A stretch of DNA of 64,000 nucleotides from assembly GCF_964204645.1 (NCBI RefSeq), contig NC_134030.1:19490210-19554209 (forward strand). Reading direction: 5' to 3'. This document shows, in pieces, positions 23,843 through 37,209 of this stretch. The notes below the pieces were generated by a model. The model made no database searches, had not been told where the DNA came from, and saw only the letters and a program-made list of their open reading frames with translations. The first letter of the stretch is position 1, and each line of letters starts with the position of its first letter. The translations under genes and the position numbers were made by a program. This DNA is from Tubulanus polymorphus (taxonomy: Eukaryota; Animalia; Nemertea).

Positions 23843-26735
23843 ATGTTCGTTACCATCGTACTAGTGACAATATCAACAAGTAAGTCGTTAAGTGATGTAT
23901 AATTGATTTCAGCTGTATGGATACCCTTTGCTTTTTCAAGCTTTATTTTTGCTATCTCCTTCTTGGGAATAAAACATTAATAACAAATTAATACGCCGAA
24001 TAGAACATTCACTGCGGCATCTACACAACATGCAAACGCAATGCCCGAACTGGTCTGAGCACAAGCTGCCACATTCAGAATTTGAATTCATGTTTTCCAG
24101 GAGTTGTCGCTCAAAAAGTAGTTAATACCAGTCGATAAAACTCGGTTGTTTCATGAATAAACTGATAACATATTCTACAGCTGTTCACGCAAAATGTCCC
24201 GACAAGGTATATATAAATTTTTAACCTAATCATAAAACGGTTCATTTAGATGTATATGCCAGTGGATTCGTTAAGGTTGGCGATCCCCCACAAGATATTG
24301 GTGATGAGGGGCGACTGCAAGCAAATTTGATGTATAACGTGACATTTCCTGCTGATGGTACAGTATACGGTTGGGAGTTCTACGTAAAACGTGTCGCCCC
24401 CTGTCGGACGTGGATAACGATTTGGAGAAAATCTGATGTCAGTGAACTGAACGTGACACTTGTCGCAAAAACACGTTTACAATACGCGGATCAAGGAGTA
24501 AAGACTTTGTTATACAACTCTGTTGACAGAATACAGGTAATCTAGATAGAAATAAGCTTTACTTTCACTATACCTAGTAGTAAAAACTTGATTTTATTAA
24601 GTGTTTGCACACTTCCGGCGATGCGGGAAAGCCTGTCATAGTTTAAAACTGTCAAAGACTGATCATTTTCCCATTCTTCCCCAGCAGGGATTCGAACCTG
24701 ATGGCATCGAGATTGTCACAGTATACGAAACCACGCCACACTAGACCGAGTACGCTGCTTAGACGATGTCGTTATCAACCAATCAGATATTCTACTTTGT
24801 TTTAGTCCGGGTTTTCCTATTTGTAGTTCTTCGGTGAAATTTACCTCCGCGATGCAACGAGCAATCTGATTGTTGCGGCAAACCTGCGCATGTACCTGCA
24901 CACTCGGTCTAGTGTGGCAGGGGTTCGTGCCGTGGCTGAGTTGGCGATGCCATCAGGTTCGAATCCCTGCCGAGGGAGGATGATCATTTCCTCATTCATA
25001 GAAACACATCATTAATTAGCTTATCGCTAAAGGCTAATTCATTGATTCAGGTAAAAGCCGGCGATTTCTTGGGAATTGGCCACAAGATCCCCGACGGTAA
25101 GAACGAAGGACACTGCATTTCGAACAAAAGATACCACACGAATCCATGCACGCACGTTGTGAATACTGGGAATTTTGGTGTATATTCAAAATCGATTGGA
25201 TGGACGACCACGGTGTCACAAAACGAATTTGGATGTCGACAATATTCAATAGCTGCATTATATATACCGAGTGATGGTAGGTCAAACATCGTTTATTGCC
25301 TATTAAAACTTACCTTTTCAGGGGCTATGCTGTATGACACGTTTTGACGCCGCAAAAGCTGTTCCTGTTATTGCATTTGATAATTAGGTGGAAGGGAGTT
25401 TGTGAGTTTTGCCCTACACGTCATCTATATCGGGAGCATTCATACACAACTGCCTATTATTCAATCGAAGAAATGCATTCGCGTGTGTCTCATCGATCGA
25501 TAGCCGCTAGCAAAGATATTTTCAATTTTTTTCGAATACAGGTTCGTCTCTGGTTGAATGTTAAGCGCAATACTTGGTCCCAATAAGTCTTTAAAAAACC
25601 TTTCCACCGGTCAATAGGAAAACAAATTCATAGAGATTCCGGGGAATCGTTTTGCGATTTTTCGAAATAAAAATTCAAAATGTCTCGCATTCTATCAGTG
25701 TATTGGCATTTCAACGACTGTAAGACAGCTCTAAAGCATGCCATAGTGCAGTTAGAGCAGCCACCTCCGACTAGTTCGCCATCTAACGGACAATTAGGTC
25801 AGAGTAGGTCAGTCATTTGTGAGGTGACCTTGCCCATACCTCGAGGTTTTCATTGTCACTCCTACGCGACATCGCCACGGGGTGTACTCATTTATCAGAT
25901 CGGAGAATCCGTTTGCCTCCAATCATACTTTATTATTGGTCACGTGACCTTTTGGAGAGTCCACGACCTCCTTTCTGTCGAGGTGGTGCGATTCGGATTT
26001 TGTGTGGAGCCTTCGTAGGTCATAAACGAGTGGAGTGGAATTGGCACCTGTTTCAATTGCTCCGACCCTCTAAACGTCGTCATCAGGACGAAGAGTTTGT
26101 CGGTCCGGTGACTCACCACAATGCGCGTACACGAATACGACGTAGAGAAATTCGCTGAATGACCGGCGGGTTCGGTCCAGCTTGCTGCTTGCAGTAACAC
26201 CTGCATTAATGTGGTCCGGCTGTAAGGGTTAAATGACGAGTTGTAGTTGGGAATTCAAGATCGGAAAACAAAACAAAGAAATATTTCAAGTAACGAAATT
26301 TAGTCTTCGTTTCCGCAAGCTGCGATGGGCAATTGCACTACCTAGCTATTATCCGAACCCTGTCATAACGCTCCTAACCTATAAACCCTGTTGCCCCTCA
26401 ACCCTGATTTTCCACGATTGAAAAAGCCGCCATTTTTTCAAATTATGACCATGTGTAGTTTGAATGATATTGCAATATAAAATGAAACACTTTCAGATTA
26501 TCGATCACCAGCGCTGTATACCGAATATGAATACACTACGGCTTCAAACGATGTGATTGAATCGGCTGCTGGACACAGTTTGTTGACGTGCGCCGCCTGG
26601 TGTGCCAGATCGCAGCTGTGTATGTCGTATCAACATTTCGACGCGCAGAAGATATGTCAACTGATCAACAGAAAAACACCGCGAGCTCAACGAGCATCAA
26701 GCGATTCCCGATGGAAGGCTTATGGGTTGAATTGA
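23843..26735 (+). CDS. Secreted protein, unnamed beta-rich domain + C-terminal PAN/Apple domain; paralog 1 (~262 aa)
   Basis: Exons 23843-23879 (MFVTIVLVTIST), 24250-24536 (..VKVGDPP..MYNVTFPADGTVYGWEFY..WITIWRK..), 25051-25276 (VKAGDFLG..CRQYSIAALY) and 26497-26735 (SLLTCAAWCARSQLC..QKICQL). All introns GT-AG, phases 1,0,1. Confidence 0.9.
24672..24982. mobile_element. Palindromic MITE with tRNA-like terminal inverted repeats
   Basis: Each arm carries CTCGGTCTAGTGTGGC (A-box-like) and GGTTCGAATCCCTGC (B box). Imperfect ~9-bp flanking duplication ATCATTT(T)CC. Other copies at 29056-29944 and 41666-41994. Confidence 0.8.
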
Positions 26736-27971
26736 TATCGAAACATACGCGTTCATCTTAGAGGCGTAGAGTTGAAGTAACCAAATATCCAAAGAAGCAT
26801 GAATGAAGGAAATATATTTCTCCATCTGAATTATCATTGCAGACACATAGATCATCAGGACACTCACGCATAGCACCAAAATGTCCTTGCGAGTTAGTTT
26901 GCAAAAGTAGCTTTAAATCACCTATAGATTTCACTAACTTCCCAAGTTTCCCTAATAAAGAAAAACTAGTAACCTATAAAACACATGTACAGCTGTCGAT
27001 TTGTTTTTTTTTTACCAGCGGTGGATCCAGTGGCAGATTTCGACTGGCAGGAGCATAAAGACATGAAAAGGCAATATATACGTAAAAAGGGCAAGATAGG
27101 ATCCAAGTAGCCCAAACAAGGGTCTGGATGGTTTTTTAGATTTCAGTGCATTTTCTCACAATTTCTAGGCACATGGTGGACGTTTAAGAGAATATAAGCT
27201 AACCCATGTGCTGCTGACTGTTATCCTATTAGGTTGGAAAATGTTCCCTGAAAAACACTGCCATCGTATTTCCAAAAGGGCGTGGGAAAACTACGACAAG
27301 AGCGCCTGCTCTGTGTGCACCCGTCTGGATCCGCTACCCCCCCCCCCCGCTTACATTTTACCGAATCCCGTGTTCAAGGCCACACACAAAAACACGCTTG
27401 TTTTCAATCGGTTTTATTATCCGCGTGCGTCAAAAAAGTTCGTCTCTGAAAATTAAACAAAATGTGTATCCTGCAATTTAATTCAAACTTAATTTAATTT
27501 TAATTAAAACTTTCCCTCTTGCATCCCGAATAAAAACCTGATAACACTTTTTTATGTGTTTGTTTCACGGTCGCTACCCGATTCTTACTGTGGTAAGTGA
27601 GTATTTCCATCCTGATTGAAGTCGATGACGCCTAAATCTATCCATTCGAACCCCAGGGGCTCGTGTCTGAAGTTGGGGGGGGGGGCGAATTGCATACTTG
27701 ATGATCTAAACTACAGTTCACCCCAAAACTTCAAATACGAGCCCCTGTGATTGGAACTAGCCTGTCGTTGCTATACGTAATAAGACAAAATAAAATAGAT
27801 ACAATTAACTTGTACTAGAACTGGAGAAAACTCGAGGCACGAATGTCACATGATCGTTTTGACTTTTAGCGATAAACATAGGTGTAAATTATTCAAACAA
27901 AAATACCGTTCAGTCCGGATAATGAATCGACAGTGCTCGGTGTCTCTGCTGACTCGTAAAAAAACGATAAC

Positions 27972-30900
27972 ATGCTCGCTACTGTCGTACTCTTGTCGCT
28001 ATTGTTGACCGGTAAGTCTTATTTAGTTATTATACGATTTCGTTTTTCGTTAAGTTAGAGGAATCAAACGTTTATCTTTTGTTATCTCAATGTTGGGAAT
28101 GTACTATCAAAACCTGGTTAATCGGTCAATTAGATCATTCGCTGCAAATATGCAAAACATACAAAAACGCAATTCCGAAGAACTGGCTTCATCGCGTTAT
28201 CTGAAACAGATTTCAAATTCGATTATTTCCAAGCTGAAACGCGGTTATATACGCCTACAATCAATACCATCTCAGAAGTATAATGGTAGCAAAATTTGCA
28301 AACGGGTGGTTTTCGAAATTCAGAAATAACACTATGGCCGATCTAAGGAACGGGGCAGGTTTTAGTCATACGTAGCAATTGGCGCACACTAATGTTTTCT
28401 TTTCTTATTTGATTCAACTATTCGATGCCAACATCCTCCGAAATCAATCAATTTAGTGGAAACTAATACCTTGTTTCTAATGTCTGCAAAGCTTAAAAGT
28501 TCACCATAGCCGGTCGCCCGCGATTTACTTGTAAATCACGATCAAGCTTACAATAACATACCCAGTGGTTGTAGAAACTAAACTGATTAAATATTAAATA
28601 TTGCGGGTTTTGAAAAATTACATTGTGGATAATGAGAAACAAACCTTTTTTTCCCAAAAAATGAAATAATTCATCAAGATACATATTTAGGTTTACATTT
28701 TTAACATGGAAATAAAATGATGACTCATTTAGGTGTATATGCCAGTGGATTGGTTAAGGTTGGCGATCCCCCACAAGATATTGGTGATGAGGGGCATCTG
28801 CAAGCAACTTTGATGTATAACGTGACATTTCCTGCTGATGGTACAGTATACGGTTGGGAGTTCTACGTAAAACGTGTCGCCCCCTGTCGGACGTGGATAA
28901 CGATTTGGAGAAAATCTACCACCGATGAACTTAAAGTGACACTTGTCGCAAAAAAACGTTTACAATACGCGGATCAAGGAGTAAAGACTTTGTTATACAA
29001 CTCTGCTGACAGAATACAGGTAATCTATATAGAAATAATCCTTTTGACACCATTTTCCCTTGGCATCCAGACTTGCCACGGTACGAAACACTGCCACACT
29101 AGACCGAGTGCGCAGCTTAAAATAATGTCATCATTACCCAATCATAGCTCTCGTTTTATTTTAGGCCAAAAAAAAGATGTCTTGTTTCTCATGATTTTGA
29201 AATCCCGCCCGCATCGGAAAAATCATCGGCAAATTAGCGATAAAAATAAAGTCCGCCCTCCCGCATCATAGCTCGAAAATAAATTTGTTTTTTATAAAAA
29301 TTAAAATCCGCCCGCCCGCATTGATATAATACGCATATCGTCATCTTCTTATCATTTTATTTCTCTATGAACGTATCGAGAAAAGTTGATCGTATAAATA
29401 TCATCGGCACCGCACTGGTGACTCGAACCCATATCAAGTTTACACTTTTTTTATTTGAGGTGTTGCAATGGATTTTCAGGATTCACCAATCATTTTCAGG
29501 ATTAAGCAGTGATTTTCCAGTTAAATAAAAATAAAAAACTACCTCCCGCATCTGAAGAAAATATGTCAGAGGGATATTTTTATTGATATAATAAAAATAA
29601 AAAGACACCTCCCGCATCTCCAAAAAAAATTCAAACAGTTCTTTTTATTTCTACTTTCTTTTTTAAAAAAGTACATAAAAATAAAAACCGCCCGCCCTCG
29701 TCATGGTAAAAAACAAAAGTGTGATGAGAAACAAGGCATCTTTTTTTGGCCTTAGGCCGGGTTTATATTTCTTCCGTGAAATTTACCTTAGCGATTATAC
29801 ATCGAGCGATCTGATTGGTGTCGCAAGTTTTCGTGCGGCAAACCTGCGCATGTACCTGCGCACCCGGTCTAGTGTGGCAGGGTTTCGTGCCGTGGCTGAG
29901 TGTAGCGATGCCATCGGGTTCGAATCCCTGCCGACGGTGGATGTATTTTCACTACCAATTCATCCGTGAAAAAATGAAAATTCTATATAACTAAGCGTTT
30001 GTTTTCCCAGTAATGCGAGAGAAAACGCTTAAGTTGCAACAGATCACCAATCGCTAGGTAATTCCTTGATTCAGGTAAAAGCCGGCGATTTCTTGGGATT
30101 GGGCCACAAGATCCCCGACGGTAAGAACCAAGGACACTGTATTTCGAACAAAGAATATTTTACGAATCCATGCACGCACGTTGTGAATACTGGGAACTTT
30201 GGTGTATATTCAAAAAAGATTGGATGGACGACCACGGTGTCACAAAACGAATTTGGATGTCGACAATATTCAATAGCTGCATTATATATACCGAGTAATG
30301 GTAGGTCAAACATCGTTTATTACCTATTCACGTCTCCGAAACTTTACTTTTTTTGGCGCCGTAAAAACCGTTTCATAAGCTCAAAAACGCTCTTTTCATA
30401 TCATATTCATAATTGTTGTAAGCTGGTAATGCGTGCGGTATCCATACGTCATCGATATAGGGGGCGTTTATTTCGTAATCTACTCATAAATAAATACGAT
30501 TTCGTAATTTTGAGAGGCGCAGTGGCCGAGAGTGGTTTAAGCCGCCAGACACTGGTCTCGTCAATCCAGGGTTTATTGGTTCAAACCTTGGTGGCGACAG
30601 AGTTTCTTGGTCGAGGGTTCTTCTCTGGTCCCCCCCCCCCTTAGGAAAAAGAAACATCGAACCCGCTTATAATGACCTGCGAGTCGCTTAGCGGGTTGGG
30701 GTATCCAAAAAATCGTAGTTAACTGAATTTCGCTTCCCTCCTTTTCTGTTCGGCGAATATTTTCATGCATTTTAGGATAACAGATTCCAATGGCAATCAA
30801 GCAGAGCATTCATCCACTAGTGTCATTTATTCAATTCAACTTTCGATGTGAACTTGTCATCGAAAATATATGTGGCCAGCGAGATCAAAATGTCTGGTGT

Positions 30901-31949
30901 TTTACAGTGGTACGTCCGCCCTGTAACGACAATAATGGCGTTAATAAACTGTCAAGGTTTTTACTTGTCGATAGTTTTAAAGAAATATGCGTGCAACAAT
31001 ATTCATCGAAAATGCATCCTAATAGCGTTCAGTGATATTTGCTTGCAGAAACAATATTCCGTTTTTTTTTTCAAATACAGGTTGCATTACATTTCGATAT
31101 TGTTATATCGAATAATTGTCGTGTTTTTCTCAATAGTCCCATCCTTGAATATGCCATTTCGATGATGAATTATGTATTCTGTTGTGGTCGTCATCGGTTC
31201 CATCATGAATTGTCGATTGCCCCATGCACGAGCGCGAGTACGATATAGAAAAATTCCCTGAGTGTCAAGCGGGTTCGAGTCCTGCTGGCTGCTTTCAGTG
31301 TGCGGGCAACACATTTAAAGACTTCGGTCCCATCGTGAGGTTAAATGGACAATCCAATAGGGTATAGCAATACAAACAAACAACCAAAAAACCAATAAAC
31401 TAACTCGACCCTATCATAACGCTCCTACTCCTAAACCCTTCCCTCTAGTCCCCGAACCCTAATTTCATTTCTAAGGTTGGAAATGCCACCATTTTGATTT
31501 ATGTTGTTTCGGCCAATTCGACTTGGAACTGGATTACGAAATGCCTGCGGTTGAAAAGGCCGCCATATCTATGTATCGATAAACTAGTCTCGCAATGAAT
31601 TATGACCACGTATCAGTTTGAAAGTCAATGTAATTAAGTTTTAAATCTTTCAGATAATCGATCACCAGCGCTGTATGCCGAATACGAATACCCTACGGCT
31701 TCAAACGATGTGATTGAATCGGCTGCTGGACACAGTTTGTTGACGTGCGCCGCCTGGTGTGCCAGATCGCAGCTCTGTATATCGTATCAACATTTCGACG
31801 CGCAGAAAATATGTCAACTGATCAACAGAAAAGCACCGCGACCTCAACGAGCTCCAAGCGATTCCAAGGGATGGAAGGCTTATGGATATAGTGAGATTTC
31901 AACATTCAAAACAAGAAATGTGGCTATCCTGGTACTAGATGGCCACTGA
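27972..31949 (+). CDS. Secreted unnamed-domain + PAN protein; paralog 2
   Basis: Exons 27972-28011 (MLATVVLLSLLLT), 28733-29019, 30075-30300 and 31654-31949. Same phases and internal exon sizes (287, 226 nt) as paralog 1, with a C-terminal extension. Confidence 0.9.
29056..29944. mobile_element. Second tRNA-TIR MITE copy, interrupted by a nested MITE
   Basis: Left-arm remnant 29056-29163. Right part 29755-29944 ends GGTTCGAATCCCTGCCGACGGTGGATG. Confidence 0.75.
29164..29751. mobile_element. PIF/Harbinger-type MITE
   Basis: TIR GGCCAAAAAAAAGATGTCTTGTTTCTCAT / ATGAGAAACAAGGCATCTTTTTTTGGCC with 3-bp TTA target duplication. Confidence 0.85.
30515..30720 (+). mobile_element. tRNA-derived SINE
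   Basis: GGCGCAGTGGCCGAGAGTGGTTTAAG (A box)...GGTTCAAACC (B box), followed by non-tRNA body. Confidence 0.6.
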
Positions 31950-31954
31950 ATACC

Positions 31955-32200
31955 TGGTAAAAATCGTTTATGTTGCAGAAATGTACCGTTTGTTTGCACT
32001 GCTTGAAAAAATCGGTCGGGTTCCCGAAAAAAATACTGGATTAACCCTTGCAAAAACATACTTGACAAGATTTTTCCGTTCAAACTATCAAAAATTACCA
32101 GCAGAAAAATTATCATCAAACTCAGATAGATATATTCGAATCCTGGACCCCGTCGGACAATCGGGTTTGAATACTAAATACTTTGAATAGTTTGAATACT
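31955..32200 (-). pseudogene. Decayed coding fragment of unknown gene, copy 1
   Basis: SKYLVFKPDCPTG...GNF**FE..KYVFARVNPV..SGT..SSSANKRYISAT* aligns with the - strand of 57760-58010, with mostly third-position differences. Contains stops. Confidence 0.45.
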
Positions 32201-32403
32201 CTAGACCAAGGAACAGCTTATAGTTATATAGCAAAAAAACAGCTTACAGTTAGTCTAAAGCTTCAAGACAACTTTGAACTGCAGTCACAACAGTAATCAT
32301 CTAGATCTTGGACTGAGATGGATTAGATCGGTAACCATTGGAGAAACACTATTCCGTGTTGAAACGATTTAAAGAAAATACTACTCTAGTAACACGAGAC
32401 AGA

Positions 32404-32596
32404 TGAAGTCCGAAAAGTTCCCTTCAAGTTCATGACTTATGGATCTAACGTTTCGACTATAACCTAAAACTCATATTCAGGAAGATTAGTCGTCTTTTCA
32501 TGATGATTCAGTCATCTTTTCCTAAAAATGACTGGGGTTATAGTCGAAACGTTGAATAATTCAGTAGCATAAGTCAGGTGACTTATCGGACTTCAC
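32404..32596. mobile_element. Decayed palindromic Penelope-like remnant
   Basis: TGAAGTCCGA...AACGTTTCGACTATAACC pairs with GGTTATAGTCGAAACGTT...TCGGACTTCA. Eroded CTGAxxA..GAAACGTT hammerhead motif. Confidence 0.5.
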
Positions 32597-32660
32597 CCAA
32601 ACGTTTTATTGGTGTGCGATTTTCGATACATGGGTTGATACATGTGGTTTTAAAGATCAG

Positions 32661-33365
32661 GGGCCGGTTTCATAGACATGGAATAAGGTTATTCCCTGGT
32701 ATCAAATCACTAATCCCAGGGATCAAATTTAGTACTAGGGAAATTTCTGTTTCATAGACGCGGATTTTTTTATTCCCTAGCAATAAGTAGTTTATTCCTA
32801 GCGGAAAATTTGATACCTAGCTACAGCTAGGTATCAAATTATATTCCTTAGCATCAAAATTAACAAAATGACCGATGAAATGTTCATTCGTCAACGAAAA
32901 ATAAAAGAATATCGCCGCTTGGACCATCCTTTTGATGTTTATGAGGCTAATGAAATCCTTGAACGATTCCGTTTCACACCAGAGGCTATTTTGGTAATTA
33001 CACGACTTATAGCTAGAAAACTTACAAAAATAACGGAAAGAGGAATGCCAATATCACCTATTTGGCAGGTTATGATCGCTTTGCGATTCTATGCGACTGG
33101 TTGTTGTTTCTATTGTCTCATAGCAACGAAATGAATTATGGGATGAATTTTGTGAGGATCTGAGTTTCCATGACATTGAACCTAATTAGCATATCTTATT
33201 GCTAGGATCAAATATATTCCCTTGGAATAGTTATTGCTAGCAACAAAGTTTGTCTATGAAACAGAAATTTGGTGCTAGCACTAACTATTCCCAGGGAATA
33301 TATTTGATACCAGAATAACCCTTATTGCTAGCACCAAATTATTCCATGTCCTATGAAACCGGCCC
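32661..33365 (+). mobile_element. PIF/Harbinger deletion derivative with transposase N-terminal remnant
   Basis: TIR GGGCCGGTTTCATAGACATGGAATAA / TTATTCCATGTCCTATGAAACCGGCCC. ORF 32868-33134 (ERFRF..I..I...L......R...ISP..QV.IALRFYATG) is the HARBI1/Harbinger transposase N-terminal motif; the DDE domain is missing. Confidence 0.9.
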
Positions 33366-35029
33366 CTGTTCTTTACTTAACTTTACTTTACTTTACTTTA
33401 CTTTATTTCCGATTAACTTACATATGACAATAAGAGCTTAATACAATTACAAAGCAAAATAGGAAAATAGTACATGTATGATTGCAGCTAGCAGAAACTT
33501 TAAGCGAATGTTTTCATAACGGTTGATACAAACATACATAACTCTTTTTATACATATTCATTTTTCTGTTGCATCAAAGCTCTGAATTTGAAAGTATTTG
33601 GATCAATCACAAAAATATTGGGGGATAAGGCGCATTCTCACATCGCTAAAATAATTGCAATAAAAAAGATAATGATATTCGTCTCCGACACAATATTGTT
33701 ACAAATACGTTCCTCTCTATTTGTCTTTTCCCATCTCCCAGTTTCTACCGGAAACTTGTGGTTGCATGTTCTGAATTAAGTCAGGTTTATAATAAGTTTA
33801 TCTGGTATATTACTTATATTAGGATATATTGGCAATATCAATGATAAACAACCTGAGTTTGATTTTTCTATCTTAATGAACTCGATAAGGTTGAGTTCTA
33901 TCTGAATCCAGGCATTTTAACCTGTAGTAATATTAGTCTATGAACCTTTTATAAATTGATATCCTGTTCTCGGGACATTCCGCGATGTCAAGTAACATTG
34001 TCTCTAACATCGCTTCTGCGTGTAATGTGTTTCCAATAAACATATATACATATTTTAAACATCGACCACTTAGTCTAGGCTTCAGTAAATTACATATTGG
34101 AATTTCTGGTCGTATTCGCGTATTTCGACTCCTGTGGCACCTATTTTCACAAAAAGACGATTTTGGTGATGATTGGATCATTAATTTATGCGCTTTGCGC
34201 AGTGGCGTTACCATAGCCAATGAGGTTTATCCGAGGCGTGGTTATTGCTTTAAATTCCCTTACTGCCCAGGCACGTATTCCGTGGAAGTAATGCAATTTC
34301 ATATGTCCAGTAATTTTTACCGATTTACCGATAGGCTCGCATGCATTTCCTATTTGGTCTATTTTGATATAAACCAAACGGGCTAGTGCTATCGCCACCA
34401 GGCCCAGTCATTGATGATATGTAAGTAACGCAGTTCCTACCCTTAACAGCCGCTGAAGCTGCTTTATCACTCATAACCCACGAACAAGATGTTCTTACTT
34501 ACCAATCTCAATTCGTCAGACTGTTTGGCGAAATGAAATGACTCGCAAACACTCTCACTGCGTCGACCTGAGGATTTTGATTGGCTGATAGAAGTTTCTG
34601 ACAGAATGACCCGATCTACTAGCAAGATCGAAGCGCCCCTAGGACCAGGACCCCTCGATGATATTAACAGGTTTGACAGTTATGTAGAAGTCACCTCGCG
34701 CCTTCATATTCCTTAATTACATCAATTGTTTAACGCTCGAAAAAGCGTAACAATTATGATTTATACAGTAATAACTACTAAATGTTATTTATCTAGGGTG
34801 TATTGTCTGAGTTGATGTGCGCTACGCATTCAATATTGGCTTTGCAAAGTAGTGTATTTGGCGTTTATTCCGCAATAGAATACGATATTTCAACACAGTA
34901 AATCTCATTGTGACTTCGATAAATTTCCATGTATAATGGGTTCGTTTTTAGGATATCATCGGTCATCGATATACCTTGAAATAAGGTCGAGTGTTATATT
35001 TACATGTTTTCATTGAATAGTCAGATTAT

Positions 35030-35277
35030 TATGGTGGCTGATTCGGGCCATACTAAAAAAAAATTTCTGTACGGCTAGAGCAACGATGAAAAAATTTTCA
35101 CAGTGGCCCTTTTTTGGTTTTCTCGCGCGAGAATTCAAAAAGTTTGGTTTTCTATTTTGAATAATGTTTTGAATCCTCGCGCGAGAAAACCAAAAAAACG
35201 GGCCAATGTGAAAAACTTGTTATCGGTGCTTTAGCCGTACAGAAAAGTTTTCAGTATGGCCCGAATCAGCCACCATA
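35030..35277. mobile_element. Fully palindromic MITE
   Basis: TATGGTGGCTGATTCGGGCCATACT...AGTATGGCCCGAATCAGCCACCATA, with arms of ~115 bp. Confidence 0.85.
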
Positions 35278-37209
35278 GATTATCGATAATATAATGAACA
35301 AAAAAACATGTATATGAATGAATTTATTAGTTTTTTTGAACGGGATTGAGACGACTATCGCCGACTAGCAGCAAATTGTGACCGCTAGTTAGCGTCATTA
35401 GTAATTAGTCATAAACTTTCAAATCAAAAATTCATTTTTTAAACGCATAAAAAATCCAAGCATGGTAGATAAGTGGACAGAAGATTATCGCGAATCGCAA
35501 TTGGTAGAACTATGATATGTTCAGAGCTGACACACGCCTTTCTTTTCAGTTGGTTGTTCCTGATTAAAAAGAAGGGACCAGGCCGAAAGTTTTGATTCAT
35601 CTCTAGCGGAATCTCTTCTGGCGCGTTCGTTTCGAATACACTCTACCTATAATTCTGCAATTATAGCATCACCGTGTAGAAGAGGCTGGTAGACAAAAAT
35701 GGCTCGTTGTTAGAAGACGGGGCTGATAATTTTCAACAAAAAAGCACACCATTCTTTAGGATTTCATCTCTATTGCCTGGAAACTACATCTCAGTGCGGT
35801 TTATTTTCTAGAAAACTCTTTGCACCAGGACTTCATTTATATACCGCTTGGAAAGAGCACGAAAAGCAGTAAATTTTAAAATCGTTCCGGGGGAGATCTC
35901 CAGACTTCCACCGTTTGTCGTGGATTTTACCCTTTTTTAGTTGCACTACCCTCGTCAGTAGTCACTGGACGCGCTCCTGGTAACCCGGCCCCATTTACAA
36001 TTCTCGGAATCAACCGTTTTCCTTAGCACAGCATCATCTCGAATGCACAGTATGGTAGCTACGTAGATTCTTGACTGGCTTATACGAAACACAATCAGAT
36101 CATTACCGCGTTTAACTTTAAATTACTAACTGCCACAGTAAACTTGTCTCTTTCTTGTCAACGTTCAAAAATACCATGCATATTCCGGTTTGTAAAATGG
36201 CTCTTGAAATCTTGGCTGTCAGTAGCTAACAAAATGCCTTGGAATGAAGGCAACCTGGGTTTACTGAATGAAACATGTCAACATTTATATACTGTATACT
36301 TTGTCATGGATATAGCAAAATCAATCAAAATGAACACTTTGGCGTGTTCTTTATCTTCGAAATAAATACCACCGCCGTCAAATATCTCCTCGAATTATTC
36401 TTTCATTTTTCTGGAAAAAAAAGATCACTTGCCTCCGATGACATCCTAAAAACAAGAAAACAATAATTGAAATCTAAACCGAAATCCGATCTCACCTTCG
36501 CCCACAATGATAACCTCAACTTTCTACCATACTCGCGGTGTCGTCATTTCGCGGAATCACGGAATCGCGAAATTACCCAAAGCCACGGAATTTTCACTAG
36601 TAACCGGGTTTTCCCGCGGAGATGCCCGCTGTCTGACCAGGCACCGGACCAATAGATGAGTTAGCTTCGAATCCCATTATTTGCACGTAACTTTATCTAA
36701 AATTATTGATGTCAACACCGCCTTACTCATGCACCCTCTTTGCTAAATTTATACATTTTCATCTTTACTTCTGTTCCTTCATTTTCCTTTCGGTTAATTT
36801 ATTGGGTGCTGGTGACAATGGCCATTTAATATGCTGTAAGTGCTTTGGAGCATGTATTTTTAGTTTGTACAAAGCACTAAATATAGTTATAATAACGATG
36901 ATAATAATTTTTCTCTTTTCATATAATTGTGTGCTTGTTTAGAAATTGTAGGCTTAATTTTTTCTCCCAGTTGAACTGTGAGTTTAGCCTGTCGTGCTTT
37001 CCGCGAAATGGATATCAACTTGAACTGGTACTAATAGAACTAAGAACATTGCTCGCGTTGGCTTTCGACTCTTTTCAATTTTACGCTATCGTTCTGACGT
37101 TTTTGCGATAAAATTGGTAAATAATTTACGCAAAACTAGCGCTAGTTCTGGAATATCGATTCGACAGTGTTCATTATTTTACCTAGCTCGTATTTGAAAA
37201 CAGGATAAA

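Noticed and set aside
24900-24980. Functional tRNA genes at B-box motifs (also 30515, 40760, 52848)
   Set aside because: No complete cloverleaf; embedded in multi-copy MITE/SINE bodies.
33780-34400. Overlapping 70-133-aa ORFs as a gene
   Set aside because: No recognisable motif or consistent splice structure found.
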